From the NCBI GenBank assembly GCA_035995205.1, contig DASYKS010000002.1, forward strand, positions 51,026 to 115,025: a DNA stretch of 64,000 nt, written 5' to 3'. Source of the stretch: Thermoanaerobaculia bacterium (GTDB taxonomy: Bacteria > Acidobacteriota > Thermoanaerobaculia > Multivoradales > UBA5704). Positions within the stretch are counted from its first letter, which is position 1. The number at the start of each line of letters is the position of its first letter. Both the position numbers and the translations under genes were made by a program. A model generated the notes under the pieces. The model was given only the letters and a program-made list of their open reading frames with translations. It ran no database searches and had not been told where the DNA came from. Below are positions 54,102 through 62,836 of the stretch, piece by piece.

Positions 54102-55487
54102 ATGCTGCGACGAATTTCACTCCTCGCCCTCTCTCTGGTTCTGGCCGCCGCAGTGGCGGGTTTTGCTCCGCTTCCGGTCTCCGCGGGCGAAGCGTCCCAT
54201 TTTGGGGTCAATATCCACGCTCCTCTGGGGTCCGAGGTGGCGGCGCGGTTGGACAAGGTGCGCGATGCCGGGATCGGTTGGGTGCGGATCGATTTCATCT
54301 GGCCGTGGATCGAGACGGCGCAGGATCAGTTCGATTGGCACGTTTATGACGATCTGGTCGCCGCGGCGCATGCGCGCGGCCTGTCGGTCTACGCGACGAT
54401 CGCCGATACCCCCGCCTGGGCGACGGACGGACCTCCGATCACCGGGGTGCCGCGGAGCGTTGACGATTGGACGGACATCTGCGTGCGCGCCGCCGATCGC
54501 TATCAGGGGCGGATCCAGGTCTGGGGGCTGTGGAACGAGCCGAACCAGGACCGTTTCTGGGCGGGCAGCCGGAACGACTACATCGAGAAGATCTTGAAGC
54601 CGGGCTCGACCGCGATCCGCTCGGCCGATTCAGGCGCGAAGATCGCCGGGCCGGAGCTTGCGCATTTGACCTCCGGCGACAGCGATTGGTACGTCTGGCT
54701 GCGCGACATCTTGCAAAAGGCGAGCGATCGGATCGACATCGTGGCCCACCACCTCTACGACCGGGACAGCTCGCGCGACGTGACCAAGAAGCTCGACGAC
54801 GACACGCAGTTCGGCGGCAGCCCCTCGCTCTGGCCGCTGGTCAATCCCTCTCTGCGCGAAGTGCTGCGCAATACCGGCTGGTTCGGCCGTCCGGTCTGGC
54901 TCACCGAGACCGGCTGGGCGAGCGACCAGGCGGGAACCACCGGCCAGGCGTCGCAGCTTTCCGGTCTGCTCAGCGACTGGTTCACCGAGCAGCCGGGGCG
55001 CGAGTGGATCGACAAGATCTTCATCTACGAGCTGATCGACGATCCGAACCCGAACGTGCCGCGCTGGGGCCTGTTGAACGCCGACGGCTCGGAAAAGACC
55101 GCCTATGCCGCGGTCAAGGGGTTCATCAATCTGGAGCAAGGGCCGGCCGATGCGGCGGAGATCGTGTCCAGCACGTTCCCGACCACGATGCGCAAGGGGA
55201 GCACGTTCACAGCGAAGATCACGGTGAGAAACACCGGCACCACGGTCTGGACCCGGGCCGCCAACTACAAGCTGGGCGCCGGGGACGACAGCGATCCGTT
55301 CACGCCGCCGCGCAAGCTGCTCGGACGTTTCGCGCAGATCCAACCAGGGAAGACCGCGACGTTCTCGTTCAAGCTGACGGCGCCCTCGCGGACCGGCACC
55401 TACACCACCGACTGGCAGATGCTGCGCGAAGGGGTCCAGCGTTTCGGGCCGGCCCTGGTGCGCGAGATCCGCGTCACCGCGCATTAG
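54102..55487 (+). CDS. secreted clan GH-A TIM-barrel glycoside hydrolase (GH5/GH39-like) with a C-terminal NBR1-like Ig domain
   Basis: 461 aa from the ATG at 54102. It has a signal peptide. WGLWNEPN carries the acid/base Glu and VWLTETGW the nucleophile Glu. The last roughly 115 aa (TFTAKITVRNTGTTVW...YTTDWQMLREGVQRFG) resemble the protease C-terminal repeats. Confidence 0.7.
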   Translation: MLRRISLLALSLVLAAAVAGFAPLPVSAGEASHFGVNIHAPLGSEVAARLDKVRDAGIGWVRIDFIWPWIETAQDQFDWHVYDDLVAAAHARGLSVYATIADTPAWATDGPPITGVPRSVDDWTDICVRAADRYQGRIQVWGLWNEPNQDRFWAGSRNDYIEKILKPGSTAIRSADSGAKIAGPELAHLTSGDSDWYVWLRDILQKASDRIDIVAHHLYDRDSSRDVTKKLDDDTQFGGSPSLWPLVNPSLREVLRNTGWFGRPVWLTETGWASDQAGTTGQASQLSGLLSDWFTEQPGREWIDKIFIYELIDDPNPNVPRWGLLNADGSEKTAYAAVKGFINLEQGPADAAEIVSSTFPTTMRKGSTFTAKITVRNTGTTVWTRAANYKLGAGDDSDPFTPPRKLLGRFAQIQPGKTATFSFKLTAPSRTGTYTTDWQMLREGVQRFGPALVREIRVTAH

Positions 55488-55705
55488 AGGCCAAGCTGGG
55501 GCTTGACACCGGTCCTAATCTAGATCATCTTACTTACAAATGAGTCGTACACGCCCCTCCTCCGCCGAGCCTCTGCCGTTCTCCCTCTGTAGTTAGCGGC
55601 TCGGGGGCATTCTCGTCGCCCCCATGTCCGCGTCTCTCCTGATCTGATTTTCCCCCCGCGAAACACGCGTAGCGGCTCCATCGAGCCGGGAAGGAGAGGT
55701 CTACC

Positions 55706-57376
55706 TTGCGGGCCCCGAATAGCCCTGAGCCCCCGACCTGGGAGCTGATCTACAAGCGGAACTCGATCGAACGGCTGAAGCGCGACAAGCCGGGGCTCGA
55801 CGTGCTCGCGGAGATCCCGGCGATGATCGAGACCGGCTACGAGGCGGTGCCGGAAGAGGATCTCGTGCGTCTCCAGTGGTACGGGCTCTACCACGACAAG
55901 CCGAAGACCGGCCGCTTCATGCTGCGGGTGAAGACCCCGGGAGGATTCCTGACCCCCGCAAAGCTGCGCGCGATTGGCCGGATCTCACGCGATCTGGGTG
56001 GCGATTACGCCGAGCTGACCACGCGCCAGAACATCCAGCTCCACGATCTCGAGCTGGCTCGCCTTCCCCAGGTTCTTGCGGACCTTTCGGCCCTCGGGCT
56101 CGACACCGCGGGGGCCTGCGGCGACAACGTGCGGAACGTCACCGGCTGCCCGCTCGCCGGGCTCGACGCCGAGGAGCTGTTCGACGTCCGGCCGATCCTC
56201 GAAGAGACCGCCGCGTTCTTCCGTTCCCGGCCGGAGTACTCGAATCTGCCGAGGAAGCACAAGATCACGATCTCCGCCTGCCCCCACCAGTGCAACGCGC
56301 CGGAGATCCACTGCATCGCCCTCCTTGGCACGATCCGCGGCGGGCGCGAGGGCTTCTCGGTCCGCGTGGGCGGGGGACTGTCCACCTTTCCCCGCCTCGC
56401 CTCCGACCTTGGCGTGTTCGTGCCGAAAGGGCAGGCCGTTACCGTGCTCGCGGGAATCGTCGACACCTGGCGCCTCGATCTGCGCTACCGGATGTCGCGC
56501 GCCCGGGCGCGGCTCAAGTTCCTGATCGAAGACGTCGGGGCCGAGACGTTCCGCGCGCGGGTGGAGGAGCGGCTCGGCTACGCGCTCGAAGACGGTCCGG
56601 GCGCCGAGCCGATCGACCCGGCGGACCCTCTCCATTCCGGCCTTCACCCCCAGCGCCAAGACGGCCTTTGGTACGCGGGTTTTCCGGTTCCTGCCGGGTT
56701 GATCTCGGGCACGCAGCTGCTCGCCCTTGCCGACCTCGTAGCGAGCTTCGACGGCGAGATCCGGCTCACGCGCCAGCAGAACTTCCTGCTCGCGAACATT
56801 CCCGCAGCGCGGACGGCGGAGGTCGTGGCCGCGGTCTCCCGGCTCGGCTTTCCGCTCGACGCCTCCGCGCTTCATGGCCGGTCGATCGCCTGCACCGGCG
56901 ATCCCTATTGCAACTTCGCGGTCGCCGAGACCAAGCGCCGGCTCGGTACGATTACCGGCCACCTCGCCGCCCGTTTCGGCCCGGCCGTGGCCGATCTCGC
57001 GATCCACCTCGACGGCTGCCCGCACGCCTGCGCCCACCATTGGACCGGCGACTTGGGTCTTCAGGGGACGACTTTGCGCGAGCGCGGTCCGAACGGCGAG
57101 CGGCGGCAAGGGTTCGACGTTTTCCTGCGCGGCGCACAAGGAAAAGAAGCCGCGATCGGCCGCCCGGTCCTCAAGCGCGTGCCGGCCGACCAGATCCATC
57201 TCGTCCTCGAACGCCTGGTCGGCGCCTACCTCGAAAAGCGCGTGAGCGGCGAGAGGATCCAACAATGGCTCGCGAGGAGCGACGACGCGGATCTCATCGC
57301 CCTCTCGATTCCTCCCGAAGTCCCAGGTCTTGCCGTTCCTCCGTCCGTCGTCGCAGCACAAAACTTGGAGGCTTGA
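55706..57376 (+). CDS. ferredoxin-dependent sulfite (or nitrite) reductase, sirohaem/4Fe-4S
   Basis: 556 aa, TTG start with a GGAAGGAGAGG SD. Motifs: LQWYGLYHDKPKTGRFMLRVKTPGG, TTRQNIQLH, GACGDNVRNVTGCP and CTGDPYCNFA...LDGCPHACA (cluster cysteines). Confidence 0.85.
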   Translation: MRAPNSPEPPTWELIYKRNSIERLKRDKPGLDVLAEIPAMIETGYEAVPEEDLVRLQWYGLYHDKPKTGRFMLRVKTPGGFLTPAKLRAIGRISRDLGGDYAELTTRQNIQLHDLELARLPQVLADLSALGLDTAGACGDNVRNVTGCPLAGLDAEELFDVRPILEETAAFFRSRPEYSNLPRKHKITISACPHQCNAPEIHCIALLGTIRGGREGFSVRVGGGLSTFPRLASDLGVFVPKGQAVTVLAGIVDTWRLDLRYRMSRARARLKFLIEDVGAETFRARVEERLGYALEDGPGAEPIDPADPLHSGLHPQRQDGLWYAGFPVPAGLISGTQLLALADLVASFDGEIRLTRQQNFLLANIPAARTAEVVAAVSRLGFPLDASALHGRSIACTGDPYCNFAVAETKRRLGTITGHLAARFGPAVADLAIHLDGCPHACAHHWTGDLGLQGTTLRERGPNGERRQGFDVFLRGAQGKEAAIGRPVLKRVPADQIHLVLERLVGAYLEKRVSGERIQQWLARSDDADLIALSIPPEVPGLAVPPSVVAAQNLEA

Positions 57377-57378
57377 AG

Positions 57379-58290
57379 ATGCTCAGCTCCCTCACCGGCC
57401 ACGACTCCCGCACCGTCCTCGATCCGGCGGTCGCCTCCGCGCTCGTCACGGTGCCCGCTCCGCGGGCCGGATTCACCTCCGCGCTCGTCACGCCCAAACA
57501 CGTCGCCAACACCGAGCGCGATTTCCTCGACGAATACGAGGCCGGCCGCCTGGCCGCCGATCTCGACGGCGCGGAGCCGCAGGAGATCTTGGGATGGGCG
57601 CTCGACCGTTGGGGCGCTCAGCTCGGGATCTGCACCAGCTTCCAGGCCGAAGGAATGGCGCTGCTCGACATGGCGTGGCGGATTCGGCCCGACGTCCGGG
57701 TCTTCACCGTCGATACGGGTCGGATGCCGGAAGAGACCTACGAGGTGATGGAGCAGGTCCGCGCCCGCTACGGGGTGGCGATCGAGGTGCTGTTCCCGGA
57801 CGCCCACCAGCTCGAAACCTTGGTTCGCCGCCACGGCCCGAACGGTTTTCGCGGCTCGGTGCCGCAGCGGCTCCTCTGCTGCCACGTGCGCAAGGTGGAG
57901 CCGATCCGCAAAGCGCTCCAGGGTCTCGACGCCTGGGTGACCGGTCTTCGCCGCGACCAATGGGCGAGCCGCGCGAACCTGCGCAAGCTGGAGATCGATC
58001 ACGACCACGGCGGCCTGGCGAAGCTCTCTCCCCTCGCCGACTGGAGCGCGGAGGAGGTGCTGGACTACGTGCGCGAGTACGACGTGCCGGTCCATCCGCT
58101 CTATGCCAAGGGATTCACCAGCATCGGCTGCACCCCCTGCACCCGGGCGACCCGTGCGGGCGAAGATCCGCGCGCCGGCCGCTGGTGGTGGGAGACGAAC
58201 GCGCCGAAGGAGTGCGGCATTCACTGCCCGATCGAGACCGGCGGTCTGGAGCACGAGATCGAAGCGCTGGTCGCCGAGGAGGCGCGATGA
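57379..58290 (+). CDS. cysH: adenylyl-sulfate / phosphoadenylyl-sulfate reductase (Fe-S type)
   Basis: 303 aa. FTVDTGRMPEETY, then CCHVRKVEP together with GCTPCT (Cys-Cys...CxxC cluster typical of APS reductases), and ECGIH. Confidence 0.85.
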   Translation: MLSSLTGHDSRTVLDPAVASALVTVPAPRAGFTSALVTPKHVANTERDFLDEYEAGRLAADLDGAEPQEILGWALDRWGAQLGICTSFQAEGMALLDMAWRIRPDVRVFTVDTGRMPEETYEVMEQVRARYGVAIEVLFPDAHQLETLVRRHGPNGFRGSVPQRLLCCHVRKVEPIRKALQGLDAWVTGLRRDQWASRANLRKLEIDHDHGGLAKLSPLADWSAEEVLDYVREYDVPVHPLYAKGFTSIGCTPCTRATRAGEDPRAGRWWWETNAPKECGIHCPIETGGLEHEIEALVAEEAR

Positions 58291-58823
58291 GCGCGGCGGC
58301 GAGCCCCACGGCAACGATCAAGGCGCCGCCCGCCGCACCGGTTTCGCGCGAGCCGCGTAACCTCGAGCGGTTGGCTATTCCAGCCCTCCACCGCGGCGAT
58401 CTGCTGGAAGAGCTGGCCGCCTACACGGCGAGCGTTCATGCGTCGTCCGAGCGGTCGGACCTGGCGCGACTCGCGGGTTCGATTGCCACGGGTGAGGTGC
58501 CCGGTACCCTTCAAGCGCCGCTCGCGCGTCTGCTCGATCTTTCGCTTTCGACCGGCCGCGCGCGCCGGCTCCATGGGCCGGAGGCGGAGGGGGCGTTCCT
58601 CGATCTTTACAGGAAGACGCCCGCCGGCCTCGATCTCGCCCGCCGCGCCCGCGAAGCGGAAACCGCCCTTGGCGCCCTCGTGGGCACGACACTCACGGGC
58701 ATCTCGATCGCGGGAGGTAAACCCGGCCGGGTGCGGATCGAGCTGTCGACCTCCGTCGCGCGCCTGACGCTCGACGTCGATCGCTCCGGCGTCTCGGTCG
58801 AAAGCGTGGCGGTCGAGCTCTAA
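58287..58823 (+). CDS. hypothetical protein embedded in the sulfate-assimilation operon
   Basis: 178 aa. It has an ATGA overlap with cysH. The composition is Ala/Leu-rich but not obviously junk. No motif recognised. Confidence 0.45.
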   Translation: MSAAASPTATIKAPPAAPVSREPRNLERLAIPALHRGDLLEELAAYTASVHASSERSDLARLAGSIATGEVPGTLQAPLARLLDLSLSTGRARRLHGPEAEGAFLDLYRKTPAGLDLARRAREAETALGALVGTTLTGISIAGGKPGRVRIELSTSVARLTLDVDRSGVSVESVAVEL

Positions 58824-58844
58824 GGCCGGGACGGAAAGATCCCT

Positions 58845-59498
58845 ATGTCGTCCTATCCGATCACGCTCGATCTCGCTGGCCGCCTCGCCATAGTGCTCGG
58901 CGCCGGCCGCCCCGCGCCGGAAAAGATCGACGGGCTGCTCGCCGCGGGAGCGCGAGTCCGCCTGATCGCCCTGGAGCCGTGCGAGCGGCTGCTCGCCCTG
59001 GCTGAGACCGGCGCGATCCAGCTGCTCGCCCGAACCTACCGGGAGGGCGATCTTTCGGGCGCCTGGCTCGCGATCGCGATCCCGGAGGAGCTGGAAACGT
59101 CGCTCCCGGCGATCGCCCGCGAAGCCGATGCGCGGCGGATCTTCTTGAACGTCGTCGACCGTCCCGCGCTGTGCAGTTTCGCCGCTCCCGCGATCGCCCG
59201 CCGTGGTGATCTGACAGTCGCGATCTCGACCGCCGGCCGCGCGCCCGCGCTGGCCGCAAGGATTCGCGATCGGATCGCCCGCCGCCTGGGGCCGGAGCTC
59301 GAACGTTTCCTGGAGATCGCCGGCCGCGCCCGGGCGCCGCTCGCCGAAAGGCGTCCCGATTTCGGCGAACGGCGGGAGCGCTGGTACGCCCTGGTCGATT
59401 CCGACGCCCTGCGCCTGCTCCGTTCCGGAAGAGAGATCGAAGCGCATCGCCGTTTCGAAGAGATCCTAGGCATCGAGCTACCCGAGGTCTCGCCGTGA
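58845..59498 (+). CDS. precorrin-2 dehydrogenase / sirohydrochlorin ferrochelatase (SirC / CysG N-terminal-type)
   Basis: 217 aa. LAGRLAIVLGAGRPAPEKI is a Rossmann motif, and NVVDRPALCSFAAPAIARRGDLTVAISTAGRAPALA is the CysG-N signature. Confidence 0.75.
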   Translation: MSSYPITLDLAGRLAIVLGAGRPAPEKIDGLLAAGARVRLIALEPCERLLALAETGAIQLLARTYREGDLSGAWLAIAIPEELETSLPAIAREADARRIFLNVVDRPALCSFAAPAIARRGDLTVAISTAGRAPALAARIRDRIARRLGPELERFLEIAGRARAPLAERRPDFGERRERWYALVDSDALRLLRSGREIEAHRRFEEILGIELPEVSP

Positions 59499-60307
59499 AC
59501 CATCCGTTGGAATTCGGAGGGCGCGGTCGCGTCTGGCTGGTAGGCGCCGGCCCGGGCGATCCGGAGCTGATCACCGTCCGCGGCCTTCGTTGCCTGCGCC
59601 GGGCCGAGGTGGTCCTCTACGATCGTCTGGTAAGCCCGGAGCTGGTCGACGAGGCACCCCGTGCCGCGCTCCGCATCGACGTCGGCAAAGCGCCCGGCCG
59701 TCACGCGAGAAAGCAGGAGGAGATCTGCGGTCTGCTCATCCGTCACGCCCGGGCCGGCCGCCGAGTCGTGCGCTTGAAAGGAGGCGATCCGTTCGTCTTC
59801 GGCCGCGGCGGGGAAGAGGCGCTCGCCTGCGCTCAGGCGCAGGTGCCGTGCGAGATCGTCCCCGGCATTTCGAGCGCCGTCGCCGCCCCGTCCGCGGCGG
59901 GAATCCCGATCACCCATCGCGGCGTCGCGGGAAGCGTTGCGATCGTCGCCGGTCATTGCTCTCCGGGGCTCCCCGAGCCCGGTGATTGCACCGACCGCAT
60001 CGACTGGCCCGCGGTCGCCAGGCTCGACACGATCGTAATCTTGATGGGCCTCTCCCGCCTGCCCGAAATCTCCGCCGCCTTGATCGCCGCCGGCCGCTCG
60101 CCCCAAACCCCGGCTGCCGCGATCGCGAGCGCCACCCTCTCCAACCAGCAAACGGTCGTTGGAACCCTCGGCACATTGGGCCGATGGGTCGCAGAGGCCG
60201 GCCTCGAAGCGCCCGCAACGTTGATCATTGGAGAGGTTGTGCGGGTGGGGGAGAGGATCGCGGAAGCGAGCCTTACCTGGGAGGAGGATGTGCTCGCGGT
60301 GGCGTGA
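59495..60307 (+). CDS. cobA: uroporphyrinogen-III C-methyltransferase
   Basis: 270 aa. VWLVGAGPGDPELITVRGLRCLRRAEVVLYDRLV and VVRLKGGDPFVFGRGGEE. It overlaps the upstream gene by 4 nt. Confidence 0.9.
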   Translation: MNHPLEFGGRGRVWLVGAGPGDPELITVRGLRCLRRAEVVLYDRLVSPELVDEAPRAALRIDVGKAPGRHARKQEEICGLLIRHARAGRRVVRLKGGDPFVFGRGGEEALACAQAQVPCEIVPGISSAVAAPSAAGIPITHRGVAGSVAIVAGHCSPGLPEPGDCTDRIDWPAVARLDTIVILMGLSRLPEISAALIAAGRSPQTPAAAIASATLSNQQTVVGTLGTLGRWVAEAGLEAPATLIIGEVVRVGERIAEASLTWEEDVLAVA

Positions 60308-60385
60308 CAGTCCCGACCCACAGTCCGTGAAAGAATGCCATAGCGTCCGTCCAACGGTAGAGTCTCGTGACCCGAAGGGGCGACC

Positions 60386-61855
60386 ATGGCAAAGGCGAAG
60401 AAGAAGACCGGACAACAAACTTCGGCGGGCTTCATGAACTCGGCGGTCGCTCCGGGTAAGGCGCCTGATTATGTTGTCGTGGAGCTGCTCTACGAGGCGC
60501 CGGTGGGATTCACCGCCACGAAGTTCGTGGCGCCCGCCGCTGGCGATACACAGGCCGGTAAGCTCAACGACGTGCTCGACAGGTACGAAATTCAGACGCT
60601 CCGCTCGCATTTCCGGCTGCCGTCCGAGGCGATCCGGTCTCGGGTCGAGGTGGCCAGCGCGCTGCCGAAGGCTCCTTTTGCGGAGACGTTTCCCGACCGT
60701 ACGAAAAAAAAGTTCATCCAGAGCGGATTCGTGCAGGTCGTGCCGAAGCGCGATCAGGACGCCGGGAAAATCGCCGAGGAGCTCAACCGGCAGAGCGCCG
60801 TCTGGAAGGCGTTCGTCGCGCCTCGCCCGGTGCCCGCGGTCGCCGGTTCTGCCGCGGGCAGCCGAAACTTCGAGCCCTCCCAGGGTTACCTCTATTCCGC
60901 GCCCGATGGCATCGGGGCCGCCGAGGTCTGGGATCTCCCAGGGGGCAAAGGCGCCGGCATCACGATCTGCGACATCGAAGGAGCATGGAATCGGCGTCAT
61001 GAGGATTTGCCTACCGGCATCAAGCTTCTCGGCGGCAACATGCTCGATGACCTCGGCTGGCGAGATCACGGCACGGCCGTCCTGGGCGAGATGGTTTCGG
61101 TGCCGAGCTCCAAAGGTACGGTAGGAATCAGCCATGCCGCGACCGCCGTCGTGCAATCGGCCTACTTCAACGGGGTTTACAACTTGGCCGGTGCGCTCGA
61201 CAACGCGGCCGGCTCTCTGAAGGCCGGCGACGTGATCCTGATCGAGCTGCAAGCGGAAGGCCCCAACAAGAAGTATGTCGCGATGCAGTATTGGAACGAC
61301 GTTTTTTCCGCCATCAAGTCCGCGACCGAGAAGGGGATCACGGTCGTCGAGGCCGCCGGGAACGGCGATGAGAACTTCGATCTGGCGATCTTCAAGAATA
61401 CGGGCTTGCAGAAGGATAGCGGCGCGATCGTGGTCGGTGCGGGTGTGCCGCCTGCCAATCACCTGGACTTCGAAGGTTTCGGTGGTATGGCCCCGTATGC
61501 TTCGCTGGGCGCGCCGCGATCCCGGATTTGGTTCTCGAATTACGGCAAGATCGTCAACGTTCAGGCTTGGGGCTGGAATGTCGCGACTCTGGGATATGGC
61601 GACGCGCAGGGCGGCGATTCCGAGAACCGCTGGTACACCTTGCGCTTCTCCGGTACCTCCAGCGCATCGCCGATCGTCACCGGAGCCGTCGCCTGTCTCC
61701 AGGGAAGGGCCAAGGCGAAAAACGGCAGGCCATTGACGCCGGAGAGGGTCAGGGAAATACTGGTGAGGACGGGGACGCCCCAGGAAAAAGGTTCTGGCGC
61801 TCTCCAGAAGATCGGGCCTCAACCGAATCTGGTCAAGGCGATGAAGGAGGTCTGA
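60386..61855 (+). CDS. S8-family serine protease lacking a signal peptide, with a propeptide-like N-terminal region
   Basis: 489 aa. Catalytic triad: D in ITICDIEGAW, H in RDHGTAVLGEM, S in FSGTSSASPIVTGAVA. The N-terminus (MAKAKKKTGQQ) is hydrophilic. Confidence 0.8.
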   Translation: MAKAKKKTGQQTSAGFMNSAVAPGKAPDYVVVELLYEAPVGFTATKFVAPAAGDTQAGKLNDVLDRYEIQTLRSHFRLPSEAIRSRVEVASALPKAPFAETFPDRTKKKFIQSGFVQVVPKRDQDAGKIAEELNRQSAVWKAFVAPRPVPAVAGSAAGSRNFEPSQGYLYSAPDGIGAAEVWDLPGGKGAGITICDIEGAWNRRHEDLPTGIKLLGGNMLDDLGWRDHGTAVLGEMVSVPSSKGTVGISHAATAVVQSAYFNGVYNLAGALDNAAGSLKAGDVILIELQAEGPNKKYVAMQYWNDVFSAIKSATEKGITVVEAAGNGDENFDLAIFKNTGLQKDSGAIVVGAGVPPANHLDFEGFGGMAPYASLGAPRSRIWFSNYGKIVNVQAWGWNVATLGYGDAQGGDSENRWYTLRFSGTSSASPIVTGAVACLQGRAKAKNGRPLTPERVREILVRTGTPQEKGSGALQKIGPQPNLVKAMKEV

Positions 61856-61868
61856 TCAGGGAGGTGGT

Positions 61869-62228
61869 TTGACCCAACCAGCAGTTCCCGCACCGTCGTC
61901 GCCCAAGAGTCTTGAGCTTCAACTCGGGCCGGGATGGCGCTTCGATTCCCGCCGGCGCCGCTTCGAGCAGGAATCGGGAGAAACCTTCTCGCCCTACGGC
62001 GACCTGCCGGAAGGCGCCAGAATCGTCTACAAGGTGCCGCGGCTTGCCAAGGCCGATCCCGCACGGCTTTCCGGTGCGGAGAGAGACTTGCAACGCTATG
62101 TGCAGGTGATTCTGCCCGTCGATGCCCCGGTGCATACCTACCTTGCGCAGGTTCGGGCTTGGCCCTCCGTGGCCGAAGCACAAGGTGGACCTGTGGTCAG
62201 CCTGCCCCGTCTGGGTAAAAGCTCCTAA
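61869..62228 (+). CDS. small protein resembling a subtilase propeptide (I9-like) C-terminal half
   Basis: 119 aa, TTG start 6 nt after a GGGAGG SD. YVQVILPVDAPVHTYLAQVRAWPSVAEAQGGPVV parallels FVQVVPKRDQDAGKIAEELNRQSAVWKAFVAPRPV in the upstream S8 N-terminus. Confidence 0.5.
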   Translation: MTQPAVPAPSSPKSLELQLGPGWRFDSRRRRFEQESGETFSPYGDLPEGARIVYKVPRLAKADPARLSGAERDLQRYVQVILPVDAPVHTYLAQVRAWPSVAEAQGGPVVSLPRLGKSS

Positions 62229-62266
62229 TCGCGCTTGCATGAGCGCCGAGTCGTTTGTCGCCCGTC

Positions 62267-62836
62267 GTTGCGGCCCCTGCCACCGGCCTGTTGACGCGGC
62301 ACCCCGGAGTTGCGACCCAAAGTGCCTCTGTTGCGGCGCGCGCCCCTGCTACTGCAACACAAACCTCCGGTTTCTCGAATACGGGGACCGGTCACACAAC
62401 ACAAATCTGTGTTGCTGCAACACGAGGCGCCACTCCCACAACACAAGTCATCCCGGTCGTGCGCGCCGAAATCACTGTTGCAACACAATGGAGTGGTGTT
62501 GCAACACGAAGCACCGGTGCGCGGACGCAAGAAAGTGGTGCGCGGACGCTACAATCCGGTGGGTAGCGTCCGCGCACCAGTTTCTTGTGTCACAACACCA
62601 CTCCGTAGCGTCCGCCCACCGGTGGGTAGCGTGCGAAAAGTAGTTCGTAGCGTCCGCTCACCACTCGATAGCGTCCGCTCACGGATGGGTAGCGTCCGCC
62701 AAGTGGTGAATAGCGTCCGCTCACCGGTGGGTAGTGTGCGGAAAGCGGTGTCTAGCGTCCGCTCACCGGTGCGTAGCGTGCGCGACGGGGTGGGTAGCGT
62801 GCACGACGGAGTTTGTCGTGTCGTTCAGCCCTTGCG
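62267..62836. repeat. array 2: 27 exactly phased 21-bp tandem units in two mirror-image arms
   Basis: Left-arm cores (GTTGCAACAC / GCGCGGACGC type) start at 62267, 62309, 62330, 62351, 62393, 62414, 62435, 62477, 62498, 62519 and 62540. Right-arm TAGCGTCCGC cores start at 62564, 62606, 62627, 62648, 62669, 62690, 62711, 62732, 62753, 62774 and 62795. The centre is the inverted repeat 62529-62551 / 62564-62586 (22/23). Confidence 0.9.

Noticed and set aside
55503-55531. Sigma-70 promoter upstream of the sulfite reductase gene (TTGACA at 55503-55508)
   Set aside because: No acceptable -10 hexamer lies at 16-18-bp spacing (the candidates are CATCTT and TCATCT). I cannot support a promoter call from sequence alone.
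59036-61822. 928-aa minus-strand ORF
   Set aside because: It is antisense to cobA and the S8 protease gene, both of which have unambiguous motifs. The ORF itself has junk composition.
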